A stretch of DNA of 64,000 nucleotides from Candidatus Daviesbacteria bacterium (GTDB taxonomy: Bacteria; Patescibacteriota; Microgenomatia; Daviesbacterales; UBA10151), in assembly GCA_030648435.1 (NCBI GenBank), contig JAUSHE010000014.1:4466-68465 (forward strand), written 5' to 3'. A program made the translations under genes and the position numbers. Each line of letters begins with the position of its first letter. Position 1 is the first letter of the stretch. Shown piece by piece: positions 52,695 through 62,699 of this stretch. The notes under the pieces were generated by a model. That model was not told the DNA's origin, did no database searches, and was given only the letters and a program-made list of their open reading frames with translations.

Positions 52695-52696
52695 AT

Positions 52697-53716
52697 TTAA
52701 TGTTTTTTAAGCTCCTCGTATATTGATTCAGTTTTATCGACTATAGCTAAAAATTCCTTTTTAGTTTTAACTTCATTCATTCCCCAATAATAATCTACTA
52801 ATCGGCGTTGTTCTGCGCTTATTTTAAGCCCCGGTTTAGAAAATGCGTTTAATATTTTTTTGTAAGGGTCAGAACCCACAAGAATTGAATTTGTTTTAAT
52901 TTCTTTTATGTTACCTGACAAATGGAATTTTTGTGGGATAATGTAATGGGGCTTATTAAGGAATATGTTGTAAGCTACATGAGTGCTGATACCGTTTGAA
53001 ATTGTATAATCTGCAAGTTTTATTATACTTTTCAATCTAGGTATAAATAAAGGATCCAGGATGTGGCCTGCAGTAACACATTCAAAACCGAAATCCTGAT
53101 AAATTTTATAATGACCATTAAGAACATCTATCCAATAAAGACAAATTCTGATTTTATTAAAATCTTTCCCCAGTTTCCCGATTACCCTGCAAAGTTTAGT
53201 TATATTAAAGTTAAAATTAGTATCCATTGTTGAGTGCATAGGAAAAACTAATAAATTTTTTCCTAATCGTTTCTTCTCTTTAGAAAATTCGTTTTCTGAT
53301 AAAAAATCTGGAGCATAATGTATAAATGGACCAATACTGAACACATGAGCTTTTTTGTGTCTTAAAATATCAGCTCTATTTTTACTATAAGTAATAATTG
53401 AAGGAAGATTATCTTCGAGATCGATATCGGCAATTTCATCATCAAGGTAAGTGCCATGTTCTATAGTGAATTTAAATTTATAACCGGAAGACAAACCTAA
53501 AAACTTCTTAAAGATTTTAGCATGTCCATACCAATCATTGGGCTTATGTATTTCGGGTGAAAACGGAGCAAACATATTGATTTTTTGGGATAACGGAATT
53601 ATTTCACTTAGATATAGATGTGAGCGTTTCTTAATTTCGCTATTGTAGAGTATTTTAGAGAGAGGATTCGCATAGAAACTATATAAAGCTTTTTTTGCTG
53701 GTTTTTTAATATCCAT
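52697..53716 (-). CDS. Hypothetical soluble protein, a possible polysaccharide-modifying transferase.
   Basis: 339 aa with no TM segments. I recognise no family. Confidence 0.3.
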   Translation of the reverse strand: MDIKKPAKKALYSFYANPLSKILYNSEIKKRSHLYLSEIIPLSQKINMFAPFSPEIHKPNDWYGHAKIFKKFLGLSSGYKFKFTIEHGTYLDDEIADIDLEDNLPSIITYSKNRADILRHKKAHVFSIGPFIHYAPDFLSENEFSKEKKRLGKNLLVFPMHSTMDTNFNFNITKLCRVIGKLGKDFNKIRICLYWIDVLNGHYKIYQDFGFECVTAGHILDPLFIPRLKSIIKLADYTISNGISTHVAYNIFLNKPHYIIPQKFHLSGNIKEIKTNSILVGSDPYKKILNAFSKPGLKISAEQRRLVDYYWGMNEVKTKKEFLAIVDKTESIYEELKKH

Positions 53717-54623
53717 ATGTGTATTTATTTGTTTTTATAAAATCTTCCTTATTTTTATATCTTTTTTTGAGATGTTTTCCCGGTTTACTTGCTATTCCTA
53801 GCCAACCGCTGGGCATATTTGCCTCTGGGTATACTTTTACATTGGTTAAGAAACCAATTAAGCTTACAAATAATTTCATGGAAAAATATCCGATTCCTGC
53901 TAAAAGAAATTTTGGTATTTTTTTTACGATCTTAAAATATCCATTTTTACTATAAAATATTTCCCAAAAAACTTTTTTTGGATTTTTGTTAGTTTGTAAT
54001 AAGTCATAAACAATTGCAACGGGAAGGTAGGGAATAATACCCTGTACACAGGTTGAACCGGCTGTAATATTTATTTTAGTAAAACCAGCATCTTTTAACC
54101 ATCTTTCCAAGCCAAATTTAGTCGGCCGTTGAAAATCATAGGGGACTTCGTGTTCTAGGCAGATAAAGGGTACGGATATATACATCCTTCCGCCAGGTTT
54201 CAATACCCGGAAGGCTTCAGCAAGAAATCTCTCCGGATATTTAATGTGTTCCAGAGTAGAATTACTAATTATTTCATCAATACAGTTATCCCGAAGAGGT
54301 ATTCTTTTATCAAGTGGGCTGATTAGATCATATTCAATTTTCCCCATGCCTTTGAATTCAATGCCAGCACTATGTTCTTGGCTTAGGTAAATACTTTTGT
54401 CAAAAAAAGGTTTAAATCTCAATTGGCCTGCCCCGGCGTCTAAAATTACTCCTCCCTTTACGAAATTAGCTGCTTCCAAGAAAAAGTAAAACCCCTTTCT
54501 TGCTCCAGAGGATCTACCCCAGCCCATTTTCATTTTATTAATCCAGTATTCCCGAAGGGTATTACTCATTTTGAATATTAATATTTTAGAAATTCCATAT
54601 ATTTCTTTAAGCTTTTCTCCCAT
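53706..54623 (-). CDS. Class I SAM-dependent methyltransferase.
   Basis: VILDAGAGQ (motif I) and VLKPGGRMYISVPF. The true start may be the internal ATG near 54569, because the track start overlaps the upstream gene by 46 nt. Confidence 0.6.
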   Translation of the reverse strand: MGEKLKEIYGISKILIFKMSNTLREYWINKMKMGWGRSSGARKGFYFFLEAANFVKGGVILDAGAGQLRFKPFFDKSIYLSQEHSAGIEFKGMGKIEYDLISPLDKRIPLRDNCIDEIISNSTLEHIKYPERFLAEAFRVLKPGGRMYISVPFICLEHEVPYDFQRPTKFGLERWLKDAGFTKINITAGSTCVQGIIPYLPVAIVYDLLQTNKNPKKVFWEIFYSKNGYFKIVKKIPKFLLAGIGYFSMKLFVSLIGFLTNVKVYPEANMPSGWLGIASKPGKHLKKRYKNKEDFIKTNKYTYGY

Positions 54624-55441
54624 GATGGCAAGACAATGCCTATTTTCCGAGCTCTTGTGTTGCTTAGTACGGAAAATTTGGATCTTTTAAAATCTTCTGC
54701 ACTAATGCGGTTTTTTACCGGGATGATTTTAATCGTGAGATTTGCATATTCTGCAATTTTTTGCGCAAATTCTGCCATAGAACAATATCCTTCGCTAGCT
54801 AAATGATAAATACCCTTATTTTGTGTATCCAGTAATAACTGGAATATAGCTGATGCCAGATCACTCGAATAAGTGGGATTTGCATATAAGTCTGAAGAAA
54901 CCTCAAGAGAACTATGATTTTTATCAGCGCTTATTATGGATAAAACAAAATTGCCTTTTTTTGATTTGCTACCGGTTAAGCCTCCGTATAATCCACAAGT
55001 TCTGATAATTATAGAATCTGGATTATAGTTTAATGTAATTAATTCTCCAGCATTTTTTGATATTCCATAAATTTGAAGAGGATTTGTTTTATCGTCTTCC
55101 CTGTATGGTTTATTTTTTTTACCGTCAAAAACATAATCAGAACTGATTGTAATAAATTTAATAGCATTGCTCTTGCTTATTAGTGCTAAATTTTTTAGTG
55201 CAATAGCATTAACCTGAAATGCTTTATCTGCATTTATCTCGCAATCGGGAACAACATGATAAGCGGCGGTATTAATAATAATATTTGGCTTAATTAATGT
55301 TAGGATTTTATCTACGGCATTTTTGCTGGTGATATCTAGTTCGATTCTAGAGTAGCCTTTTACATAGGTTCCTGTTTTTTTACCCTCTTTTATTAAGCTT
55401 TGGCCGAGTTGACCATCTTTTCCAAGGATTAGAATTCTCAT
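54578..55441 (-). CDS. dTDP-4-dehydrorhamnose reductase-like, second RmlD-type copy.
   Basis: MRILILGKDGQLGQSL and SSDYVFDGKKNKPYREDDKTNP...YGISKNAGE. 287 aa. Confidence 0.7.
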   Translation of the reverse strand: MRILILGKDGQLGQSLIKEGKKTGTYVKGYSRIELDITSKNAVDKILTLIKPNIIINTAAYHVVPDCEINADKAFQVNAIALKNLALISKSNAIKFITISSDYVFDGKKNKPYREDDKTNPLQIYGISKNAGELITLNYNPDSIIIRTCGLYGGLTGSKSKKGNFVLSIISADKNHSSLEVSSDLYANPTYSSDLASAIFQLLLDTQNKGIYHLASEGYCSMAEFAQKIAEYANLTIKIIPVKNRISAEDFKRSKFSVLSNTRARKIGIVLPSWEKSLKKYMEFLKY

Positions 55442-55971
55442 TATAGTTTGTATTCTGGCCAGCTCTGATCCTTATCAGAAAGAATTGGATTTTTAAGCGG
55501 CCATTGAATATTAAATTTAGGGTCATTCCAACGAATCCCACGGGCATGTTCGCCCGAATAATATTCAGACATATAATATAAGACCTCGCAGTCTTCAGTT
55601 AGGGTTTGAAATCCGTGCGCAACACCCCTTGGTATATAAAGCATATGTTTATATTGTCCATTTAACTCAAAAGTTTCATGATTGCCATAGGTTTTGGATC
55701 CAGGTCTTAGATCTATAACTACATCGAAAATACAGCCTTTCAAACATTGAACGATTTTAGTTTCCTCAAATGGAGCTATTTGAAAATGTAATCCTCTCAG
55801 AGTTCCTTTTGGTTTTGTATATGAAATACTTGTCTGAAGAATCTCAAAACTTATATTTAATTTGCCAAATTCTTTAACACAGAAGGTTCGGGTAAAGTAG
55901 CCTCTCCCGTCCTCTAATAACTCAGGTTTTATTAAAAGAAGGTTATCAATGGATGTTTTTTGAAAAATCAT
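55441..55971 (-). CDS. dTDP-4-dehydrorhamnose 3,5-epimerase-like cupin, second RmlC-type copy.
   Basis: Canonical RGLHFQ motif. 176 aa. Confidence 0.75.
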   Translation of the reverse strand: MIFQKTSIDNLLLIKPELLEDGRGYFTRTFCVKEFGKLNISFEILQTSISYTKPKGTLRGLHFQIAPFEETKIVQCLKGCIFDVVIDLRPGSKTYGNHETFELNGQYKHMLYIPRGVAHGFQTLTEDCEVLYYMSEYYSGEHARGIRWNDPKFNIQWPLKNPILSDKDQSWPEYKL

Positions 55972-55974
55972 AAG

Positions 55975-57189
55975 TTAAATAATTCTAATTTTTGGGATAG
56001 GAATTATAAATTTTCCCCCATTCTTTTGATATTCTTTCAGTTGTTCAATAACTTCTTTGTAAATATTCCAACATAAAATTAATAAATAGTCAGGTTCTTC
56101 CTGATAGATCTTTTCTACGGGAAAAACCTGCATATGGGTACCAGGAGTATACAATCCTTGTTTTTCTTTTGCTCTATCTACAATAAAGTCAACTAATTTG
56201 GAGTCAATACCAAAATAATTCATCAATATATTTCCTTTTGCAGGTGCACTATATACTGCAACGTGCTTATTCTTTGTTTTTATATCATTTAGTAATTTGA
56301 TAAGATCTTTTTTTAATATATTGATGTTCTTATTTAATACATTGTATGTAGATAGTTTATTAAATCCTAGGTCCAACTCTTTTTTTACCAATTTAGTTAC
56401 ATTTTTTGAAATTTTAAATGAATTGGGATGAGATACATAGATTCTTAAGGAGCCCCCCTGCATATCTACCAGATCAACATCATATAACTCTAAATCTACG
56501 CTTTCAAATAAATTTCTTAAAGCTATAAGAGAATAGTAAAAAACATGTTCGTGATATATAGTGTCAAACTTATTTTCTAAAAGCCCCCTAATGTAGGGAA
56601 ATTCAAAAATTGCCGTACCATTTATTTTTAATAAAGTCCTCACTCCTTTTACAAAATCAACTATTTTTGGAACGTGTGCTAGAACATTCGCCCCAAAAAT
56701 TAAGTCAGCTCTTAATCCCTTCTTATTTAATTTTTTTGCTAATGCTAAATTGAAAAACTCAGGTAATGTTTTGATGCTTTTTTTATTGGCGAGGGCAGCT
56801 ATATTTTTAGCAGGATCGATACCGAGTATTCTTATGCCCAGTTGTTGGAAAAAATCAAGTTGAACACCATCATTTGAGGCAATTTCTACAACCAGATTTT
56901 TTTTGTTTAAATTAAATCTCCTAGTAAAATATTCCGCATTACTCCTGGAATGATCAATTATTGTTTGGGAGGTAGAGGAAAAATAGATATAATTTTCAAA
57001 TAAATCCTTTGGTGAAATTGTTTTCATCAATTGAACTAAGTAACATTTATTACAAAATCCTACGGTCAAATCATATTCAGCTTCTTTTTTCTTTAGGCCT
57101 TCTTTTGTTAGAAATAAGTTAACAAGAGGGATATCTCCTAAGCTGAAAAAGGGTTTTATATAATTGCTACAAACTCTACATTTAGTCAT
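55975..57189 (-). CDS. Zinc-ribbon class I SAM methyltransferase, NDP-hexose C-methyltransferase-like (paralog of the ORF at 47574).
   Basis: CRVCSN...CNKCYLVQL zinc ribbon and a methyltransferase core (VVEIASNDGVQL). 404 aa. Confidence 0.6.
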   Translation of the reverse strand: MTKCRVCSNYIKPFFSLGDIPLVNLFLTKEGLKKKEAEYDLTVGFCNKCYLVQLMKTISPKDLFENYIYFSSTSQTIIDHSRSNAEYFTRRFNLNKKNLVVEIASNDGVQLDFFQQLGIRILGIDPAKNIAALANKKSIKTLPEFFNLALAKKLNKKGLRADLIFGANVLAHVPKIVDFVKGVRTLLKINGTAIFEFPYIRGLLENKFDTIYHEHVFYYSLIALRNLFESVDLELYDVDLVDMQGGSLRIYVSHPNSFKISKNVTKLVKKELDLGFNKLSTYNVLNKNINILKKDLIKLLNDIKTKNKHVAVYSAPAKGNILMNYFGIDSKLVDFIVDRAKEKQGLYTPGTHMQVFPVEKIYQEEPDYLLILCWNIYKEVIEQLKEYQKNGGKFIIPIPKIRII

Positions 57190-57190
57190 T

Positions 57191-58234
57191 CTACTCTTTC
57201 CAAAATAAACTTTTATCTATTCGATTCTCACTAAGCAAGTTTTGGATGCTCTGTAACCGAGTGTACTTACCTGTTACAAAGTCCTCCTTAGAATATTTAG
57301 CCTGTTTAAGCTTACTTATTAAATCTTTGATAGATTTTTGGATGGGCCATTTCTGAGTTATATGGGGGAATAATTTTTTAAATTTTGAAAAGTTTACCCT
57401 ATAACTACGGTTATCCTTAGATGCATTTTTGTTAAATTCAACATCGCATTGAGGAAGCTGTTTATGAATACATTCTACAACTTCCTTAACTCTAAGATTA
57501 TTTTCACTGAAACCAATGTTTATAATCTCTCCATTTATTAAAGCAGGATTAGCCCGTATAAATTCTATAAAAATATCCGCCAGATCTCTAACATCAATAA
57601 GGGGTCGCCAAGGACTTCCATCGCTAAATACTTTCAGTTGATTTAGCGCAATTGCGCAAGTAGTGAGATTATTTACTACCAGGTCATTTCTAAATTTTGG
57701 AGAGAATCCGTAGACAGTGGAGTTTCTCATAATGCCTACACAAAAATTCTTGTCAGCAAGCTTTTTGAGAACCCCCTCTGAAAGTATTTTGGAGGTAGCA
57801 TATGCTGTCAGGGGATTAACGGGAGAACTTTCATCAACTGTTCCCTTTTCAGCAGAACCGTATATACTGCACGAAGAAGAGAAAATAAACTTTTTTACTT
57901 TTTGTTTTTTAGCTAGTTTGGCTAACTTTACGGTTGAACAATAATTAATCTGTTTTGTAAGTTTTGGTTTTAGAGCTCCCATTGGGTCATTAGACAAAGC
58001 GGCCAAATGAATTACTGCATCGAAATTTTTTAAGGAAAAATTATCTAATTTGCGAATATCTCTTTTAATTTGCTTAAAGTCTGAATTAATAGGAATAAGC
58101 TCAATGTTTTTAAAATAAAAGTTATCTATTCCGGTAACATTGTAACCTTGTTTTAGAAGTCTGTTTACTAAAACTGCTCCTATATAACCATCGGAACCCG
58201 TGACCAAGATATTTTTAATTACCATATTTTCCAA
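57191..58234 (-). CDS. NAD-dependent epimerase/dehydratase (extended SDR), probably acting on a CDP- or dTDP-hexose.
   Basis: ILVTGSDGYIGAVL and a YATSK (YxxxK) motif. 347 aa. It lies adjacent to the cytidylyltransferase. Confidence 0.6.
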   Translation of the reverse strand: MENMVIKNILVTGSDGYIGAVLVNRLLKQGYNVTGIDNFYFKNIELIPINSDFKQIKRDIRKLDNFSLKNFDAVIHLAALSNDPMGALKPKLTKQINYCSTVKLAKLAKKQKVKKFIFSSSCSIYGSAEKGTVDESSPVNPLTAYATSKILSEGVLKKLADKNFCVGIMRNSTVYGFSPKFRNDLVVNNLTTCAIALNQLKVFSDGSPWRPLIDVRDLADIFIEFIRANPALINGEIINIGFSENNLRVKEVVECIHKQLPQCDVEFNKNASKDNRSYRVNFSKFKKLFPHITQKWPIQKSIKDLISKLKQAKYSKEDFVTGKYTRLQSIQNLLSENRIDKSLFWKE

Positions 58235-59004
58235 TAAGGATTATTATTCCAAAGCTCCTTTAAATTTTCAAGCTCCCTAGATGTATCTACTGCATACCAG
58301 AAACCTTCATGCTTATAGACTGATAATTGTTCGTCATCCGCTATTCTTTGATAAGCTGCATGATCCATCTCTTCCGGTTTTAGGTATTTGAAGATTTCTT
58401 TCGTAAATACCATAAACCCTCCGTTAACCCAGTCTGAAAGAACAGGTTTTTCTTGAAATGATTTAACAAGATCTGGATTATTCTCATTAGTTTTAACCAG
58501 ACCAAATTTTGAGCTAGGATGTACACCAGTAATTGTGCCGATAGTTTTTTGATGCCTATGAAATTCAAGCAGTTTCTTTAGATCAATATTTGACACTCCA
58601 TCTCCATAAGTAACCATGAATTCTTTGTCTGTTTCAGGGATATATTTTTTACATTTTATAATTCTGTCCGAAGTAGGTGATTCTACACCGGTATCAACAA
58701 AAGTTATATTAAAAACATCAACACCGTCTTCTTTGCGGTTTTTTAAATGGAAAGTAGTTTTATAAGTCTTTGTATTAAGGGTGAAATCAGTCGTAAAAGC
58801 CTTTTGGTTTAAGAAAAAATCCTTAATGTAATTTCCCTTGTATCCTAAGGCTAGAATAAATTCATTAAATCCGTAATGTGCATATATTTTCATAATATGC
58901 CAAATAAGAGGTTTTCCGCCCACCTCAACCATTGGTTTTGGTTTAAACTCGGTCTCTTCTTTTAATCTTGTACCAACCCCTCCACAAAGAATTATTACTT
59001 TCAT
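58219..59004 (-). CDS. rfbF: Glucose-1-phosphate cytidylyltransferase.
   Basis: MKVIILCGGVGTRLKEETEFKPKPMVEVGGKPLIWHIMKIYAHYGFNEFILALGYKG closely matches the RfbF/DdhA N-terminus. 261 aa. Confidence 0.85.
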   Translation of the reverse strand: MKVIILCGGVGTRLKEETEFKPKPMVEVGGKPLIWHIMKIYAHYGFNEFILALGYKGNYIKDFFLNQKAFTTDFTLNTKTYKTTFHLKNRKEDGVDVFNITFVDTGVESPTSDRIIKCKKYIPETDKEFMVTYGDGVSNIDLKKLLEFHRHQKTIGTITGVHPSSKFGLVKTNENNPDLVKSFQEKPVLSDWVNGGFMVFTKEIFKYLKPEEMDHAAYQRIADDEQLSVYKHEGFWYAVDTSRELENLKELWNNNPYWKIW

Positions 59005-59022
59005 AATATCTTAAGTTTCTTA

Positions 59023-60066
59023 TTATACATTATCATATTGATTAGAAATACTATATTTTCGAATATAGTTTTTTACCTCATCAATAACTGGTTTACCTGA
59101 TAATTTTGAGTACGCATGTTTTTTCAAAGTCCGAGGATCAGTTTTATTTATTGTTAAATTATAAACTTTCAATGCAATACCTAAAGTAATATCGTTGATT
59201 ATCTTTTTTACCTTCACTAAATTTATGGTAATAAATGGGAATTTTATTAATAATCCTTTGAGAAATGCTTCTATGGAAAGGCTAACTTTTTTTAATGCCT
59301 CATCTCTTGTGAGACCCTCTTTTTTTATTAATTGATTTACGATGATTTCTACCCAAGCCGCGTATTGTTTTTTGTATCTTTTTTTGACAGAAATCACCTC
59401 AAGTGAATCAGTATACGTTCCGGTTGAGTCAGGAGTATGTTCCCGCATACAATAAATAAATGGAAGAATTTTTGATTTTCCATTAATGCATAAAATTATT
59501 GCTTGCAGGAGTTCGATTAGGTTATCATTTTTTATATCATTTGTATTTATTAAATATTTGGTTAATTCACGAATGTCCCTTGTCCTGGTAACGCTATAGA
59601 ACAATTGCATATAGTTTATTGATAGTTGATGTAAGCGAACCGATGGAATGTTTGAATCTATATCAATATCGATACTATTTAAATATGCAGGAAAGACTTT
59701 TAGTTCACCATTTTTGTAGTCTATAAATCTGAGATAGTGACCATGCACAGACGAGTAGTCGTCATTTTCTTCAAGGAAATCAATACATTTTTTTATTGAT
59801 TTAGGTATTATAAAGTCATCATCTCCACAAAAAATAACATATTTTGTCTTCACCTTATTATAAATTAAAGGAATTTTTTTTGCGTAGGAGTAATTTGGAT
59901 AATGAAAATATTTTACATTTTTGTATCTTCTTAAGTTAGGGAAAGGTTTTGAGGTAGAATCGCCAACAATTATTGATATTCTATAATTTGAATAATAATC
60001 CAACAGTCTTTCTAATTGCCGATGGCGGTTATAACTTGGTATGATAATTGTTACATTTTTGAACAT
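59023..60066 (-). CDS. Putative glycosyltransferase with a GT-A-like N-terminus.
   Basis: VTIIIPSYNRHRQLERLL and CGDDDFI (a DxD-like motif). 347 aa. Confidence 0.4.
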   Translation of the reverse strand: MFKNVTIIIPSYNRHRQLERLLDYYSNYRISIIVGDSTSKPFPNLRRYKNVKYFHYPNYSYAKKIPLIYNKVKTKYVIFCGDDDFIIPKSIKKCIDFLEENDDYSSVHGHYLRFIDYKNGELKVFPAYLNSIDIDIDSNIPSVRLHQLSINYMQLFYSVTRTRDIRELTKYLINTNDIKNDNLIELLQAIILCINGKSKILPFIYCMREHTPDSTGTYTDSLEVISVKKRYKKQYAAWVEIIVNQLIKKEGLTRDEALKKVSLSIEAFLKGLLIKFPFITINLVKVKKIINDITLGIALKVYNLTINKTDPRTLKKHAYSKLSGKPVIDEVKNYIRKYSISNQYDNV

Positions 60067-60111
60067 AAATAGAATTCTAACACTTTTAATGATTAAATAA
60101 TCCTAAGGGTT

Positions 60112-61011
60112 CTAAAGCCTGGCAAGTCTTCCTTCGAAGTGGGGGATATATAATCTGTTACCGGTTCTGGCAATTGCTAATCCTTCCTCCCAGTAAGTGC
60201 GGGCAGTATCTAATTGACTTTCTATCTCTGATAGATCACCCTCGCTTGCTAATACATTACATAAATTTTGCATATCACCTTGTTTGCGGAAAATAGGTAG
60301 AGCTTCGTCCTGAGAAGCCCTTGCCTCCCGAATCATTCCCATTGTTTGTTGTGTAACTCCTTTAACGTGTAAGACCCGGGCCAGTCTGTTTTGATACCGA
60401 CCATTATCAGTATCCGTTGTTACAAGTTTCCTTGCGTTGTCCTCAGCCGTAGTATAGGCATCTAGTGCTTCGGGAGACATGCCCATGTCATTGTATAACA
60501 ACCCAAATTGTGTATACGCTTCAACGTATGCCAGATTACTGTTGATTCCTAAATTACTCATGGCATCGGTCATAACAGATTCTGCAATTGGAATAAAAAA
60601 TAAGGCCGATGTATGTAAATATGCAGTTTTCTCAGTTTCTTTAACATATTGAGGAACGGGAAAAGTTTTATCTCTCCCGGCAGTTCTCCATGCATCGATA
60701 AGTCCGGATATAGCAGTTAACCGTACTTCCCAGTCGTCCGTCTTTGCTGCTGCTAAGGAGAAAGCTTGTATAGCTTCATACTGACGGTTCAACATCCTCA
60801 ATGGCACTCCCATTACATTTAAGACACGGGGATCGAGTCCGAATTCATCAAGCAGGTTTTCGCAAGTACTAACTGCTCTATTCCAATTTTCAGACCCTCC
60901 TGCAACCTGAAGAGCTCTGGCTGCTTCTAAGCGCTGATTAAATATTTCTGGTCTTTTAGGATATTCCACCATAATTAAGGAGATTATAAGACATAACTCA
61001 TAGGTTGTCAA
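60112..61011 (-). CDS. Hypothetical helical-repeat (TPR-like) protein that is compositionally atypical (GC-rich).
   Basis: 299 aa, rich in A/R/L/E/T and poor in K/I/N/F, unlike its neighbours. A 98-nt sample of its DNA counted about 45% GC, against roughly 30% in surrounding genes. Confidence 0.45.
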   Translation of the reverse strand: MTTYELCLIISLIMVEYPKRPEIFNQRLEAARALQVAGGSENWNRAVSTCENLLDEFGLDPRVLNVMGVPLRMLNRQYEAIQAFSLAAAKTDDWEVRLTAISGLIDAWRTAGRDKTFPVPQYVKETEKTAYLHTSALFFIPIAESVMTDAMSNLGINSNLAYVEAYTQFGLLYNDMGMSPEALDAYTTAEDNARKLVTTDTDNGRYQNRLARVLHVKGVTQQTMGMIREARASQDEALPIFRKQGDMQNLCNVLASEGDLSEIESQLDTARTYWEEGLAIARTGNRLYIPHFEGRLARL

Positions 61012-61042
61012 AAAAATAATTTGAATCTATAATAGAATAATT

Positions 61043-61972
61043 GTGAAAATAATATTTTTTGGATTAGGATCTATTGGGCAAAGGCATGCCAAGATTTTAC
61101 TGGAAAATTATACACACGATTTGTATGCCTTTCGTTCAGGTGAAAATAATGATGTAAATAAATTAGGTATAAAAGAAATTTATACTTTTGATGAGGTAAA
61201 AAACTTACAGCCGGATATTGCTTTTATCACCAATCCAACAGCCATGCACATAGAAACCGCACTAAAATGTGCGGAGTTGGGTTGCAAGCTCTTTATTGAA
61301 AAGCCGGTCGGGAAAGATACAGACGGATTAGAGAAGTTAATAAATATTGTAAAAAAGAAAAAATTAGTCACATATATTGCTTATAATTTGCGTTTTCATC
61401 CGGTGATTAAAAAAATAAAGGAATATTTGAAAAGGAAGAAACCGGTATATGCCCGGGTAGTTTGCACCTCATTCCTGCCGGCATGGAGACCAAATACGGA
61501 TCACCTTAAAGGTTATTCCGCAAATACCGCCATGGGAGGGGGAGTAATCCTTGATCTGTCGCATGAGATGGATTATGTTGGTTATCTGCTCGGCGGGATT
61601 AAAAAAATTTCAGGGAATTTTGCAAAAGTAAGCAATGTAACCGTAGATGCTGAGGATTATGCGGATATGACAGTTATATCAGGAGGTGTTCCTGTTAATA
61701 TTCATCTTGATTTCTTAAGTCAGATAAGGCAAAGATATATACAAATAGATTTTGAGAAGTTAACTGTAGTGGCTGACTTAATAGATGCGGAAATTAAGGA
61801 GCATGAGGGGGGAATAGTCAAAAATAGCATTGAATTGGATTATAATAGAGGCCAGGAATATGAAGAACAGTTAAAGTATTTTTTTGATAATATAGATAAT
61901 CCACGGATGATGAATAATTTAATTGAAGCAGGCGATCTATTTAAGAAGATAGTAACATTTAAAAATGGATAA
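61043..61972 (+). CDS. Gfo/Idh/MocA-family oxidoreductase.
   Basis: MKIIFFGLGSIGQRHA Rossmann motif and an EKP motif. 309 aa. Confidence 0.65.
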   Translation: MKIIFFGLGSIGQRHAKILLENYTHDLYAFRSGENNDVNKLGIKEIYTFDEVKNLQPDIAFITNPTAMHIETALKCAELGCKLFIEKPVGKDTDGLEKLINIVKKKKLVTYIAYNLRFHPVIKKIKEYLKRKKPVYARVVCTSFLPAWRPNTDHLKGYSANTAMGGGVILDLSHEMDYVGYLLGGIKKISGNFAKVSNVTVDAEDYADMTVISGGVPVNIHLDFLSQIRQRYIQIDFEKLTVVADLIDAEIKEHEGGIVKNSIELDYNRGQEYEEQLKYFFDNIDNPRMMNNLIEAGDLFKKIVTFKNG

Positions 61973-62699
61973 CTTGCTAAATTCGAAGAATCAAGCTTTG
62001 CTTATTACTATTTGTGCTAGAGGTGGGTCAAAAGGCGTAAAGGGTAAGAATATCCGCGAGCTGGCCGGTAAACCATTAATCTATTACACAATCAATCAGG
62101 CAAAGAAGTGGGGTAGGGGGGGGCATATTGTGGTAAGTACCGACTCGGAAGAAATTGCTAAAATTGCAAAGTCGTTTGGGGCGGAAGTGCCCTTTTTGAG
62201 GCCTTCAGACCTTGCTTCTGATATAAGTGCAAAAATTCCAGCTATTAGGCATGCCTTGCTTTCCAGCGAGGATATATATAAGGAAAAGTATAACCTCGTG
62301 ATGGATTTGGATGTTACATCTCCGGTACGGACAATACAGGACTTAGAAAATTCATATAGTTTATTCTTAGAGAAAAAACCTAAGACATTATTTAGTGTAG
62401 TTGCTGCCCACAAAAATCCTTATTTTAATATGGTGGAGATAAATACGGAAGGTAAAGCGGGTGTTTGCAAACCAGGTAAACATTTTATCCGCAGGCAGGA
62501 AACTCCCAAAGTTTATGATGTTAATGCATCCATATATATTTATGATAGAAATTTTTTGATTAATAAAAGAAATATTAATGTGATAAGCGATGATTCCATT
62601 GTTTATGTAATGGGCGATGTTTCGCGGACGGATATTGACTCTGAGCTGGACTTTAAGTTTATAGAATTTCTAGTAAAAGATGGTATCATATCACTATGA
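61965..62699 (+). CDS. Acylneuraminate/nonulosonate cytidylyltransferase (NeuA/PtmB/LegF-like CMP-sugar synthetase).
   Basis: ALLITICARGGSKGVKGKNIRELAGKPLIYYTI N-terminal signature. 244 aa. It contains an 8-G homopolymer at 62116-62123. Confidence 0.7.
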   Translation: MDNLLNSKNQALLITICARGGSKGVKGKNIRELAGKPLIYYTINQAKKWGRGGHIVVSTDSEEIAKIAKSFGAEVPFLRPSDLASDISAKIPAIRHALLSSEDIYKEKYNLVMDLDVTSPVRTIQDLENSYSLFLEKKPKTLFSVVAAHKNPYFNMVEINTEGKAGVCKPGKHFIRRQETPKVYDVNASIYIYDRNFLINKRNINVISDDSIVYVMGDVSRTDIDSELDFKFIEFLVKDGIISL

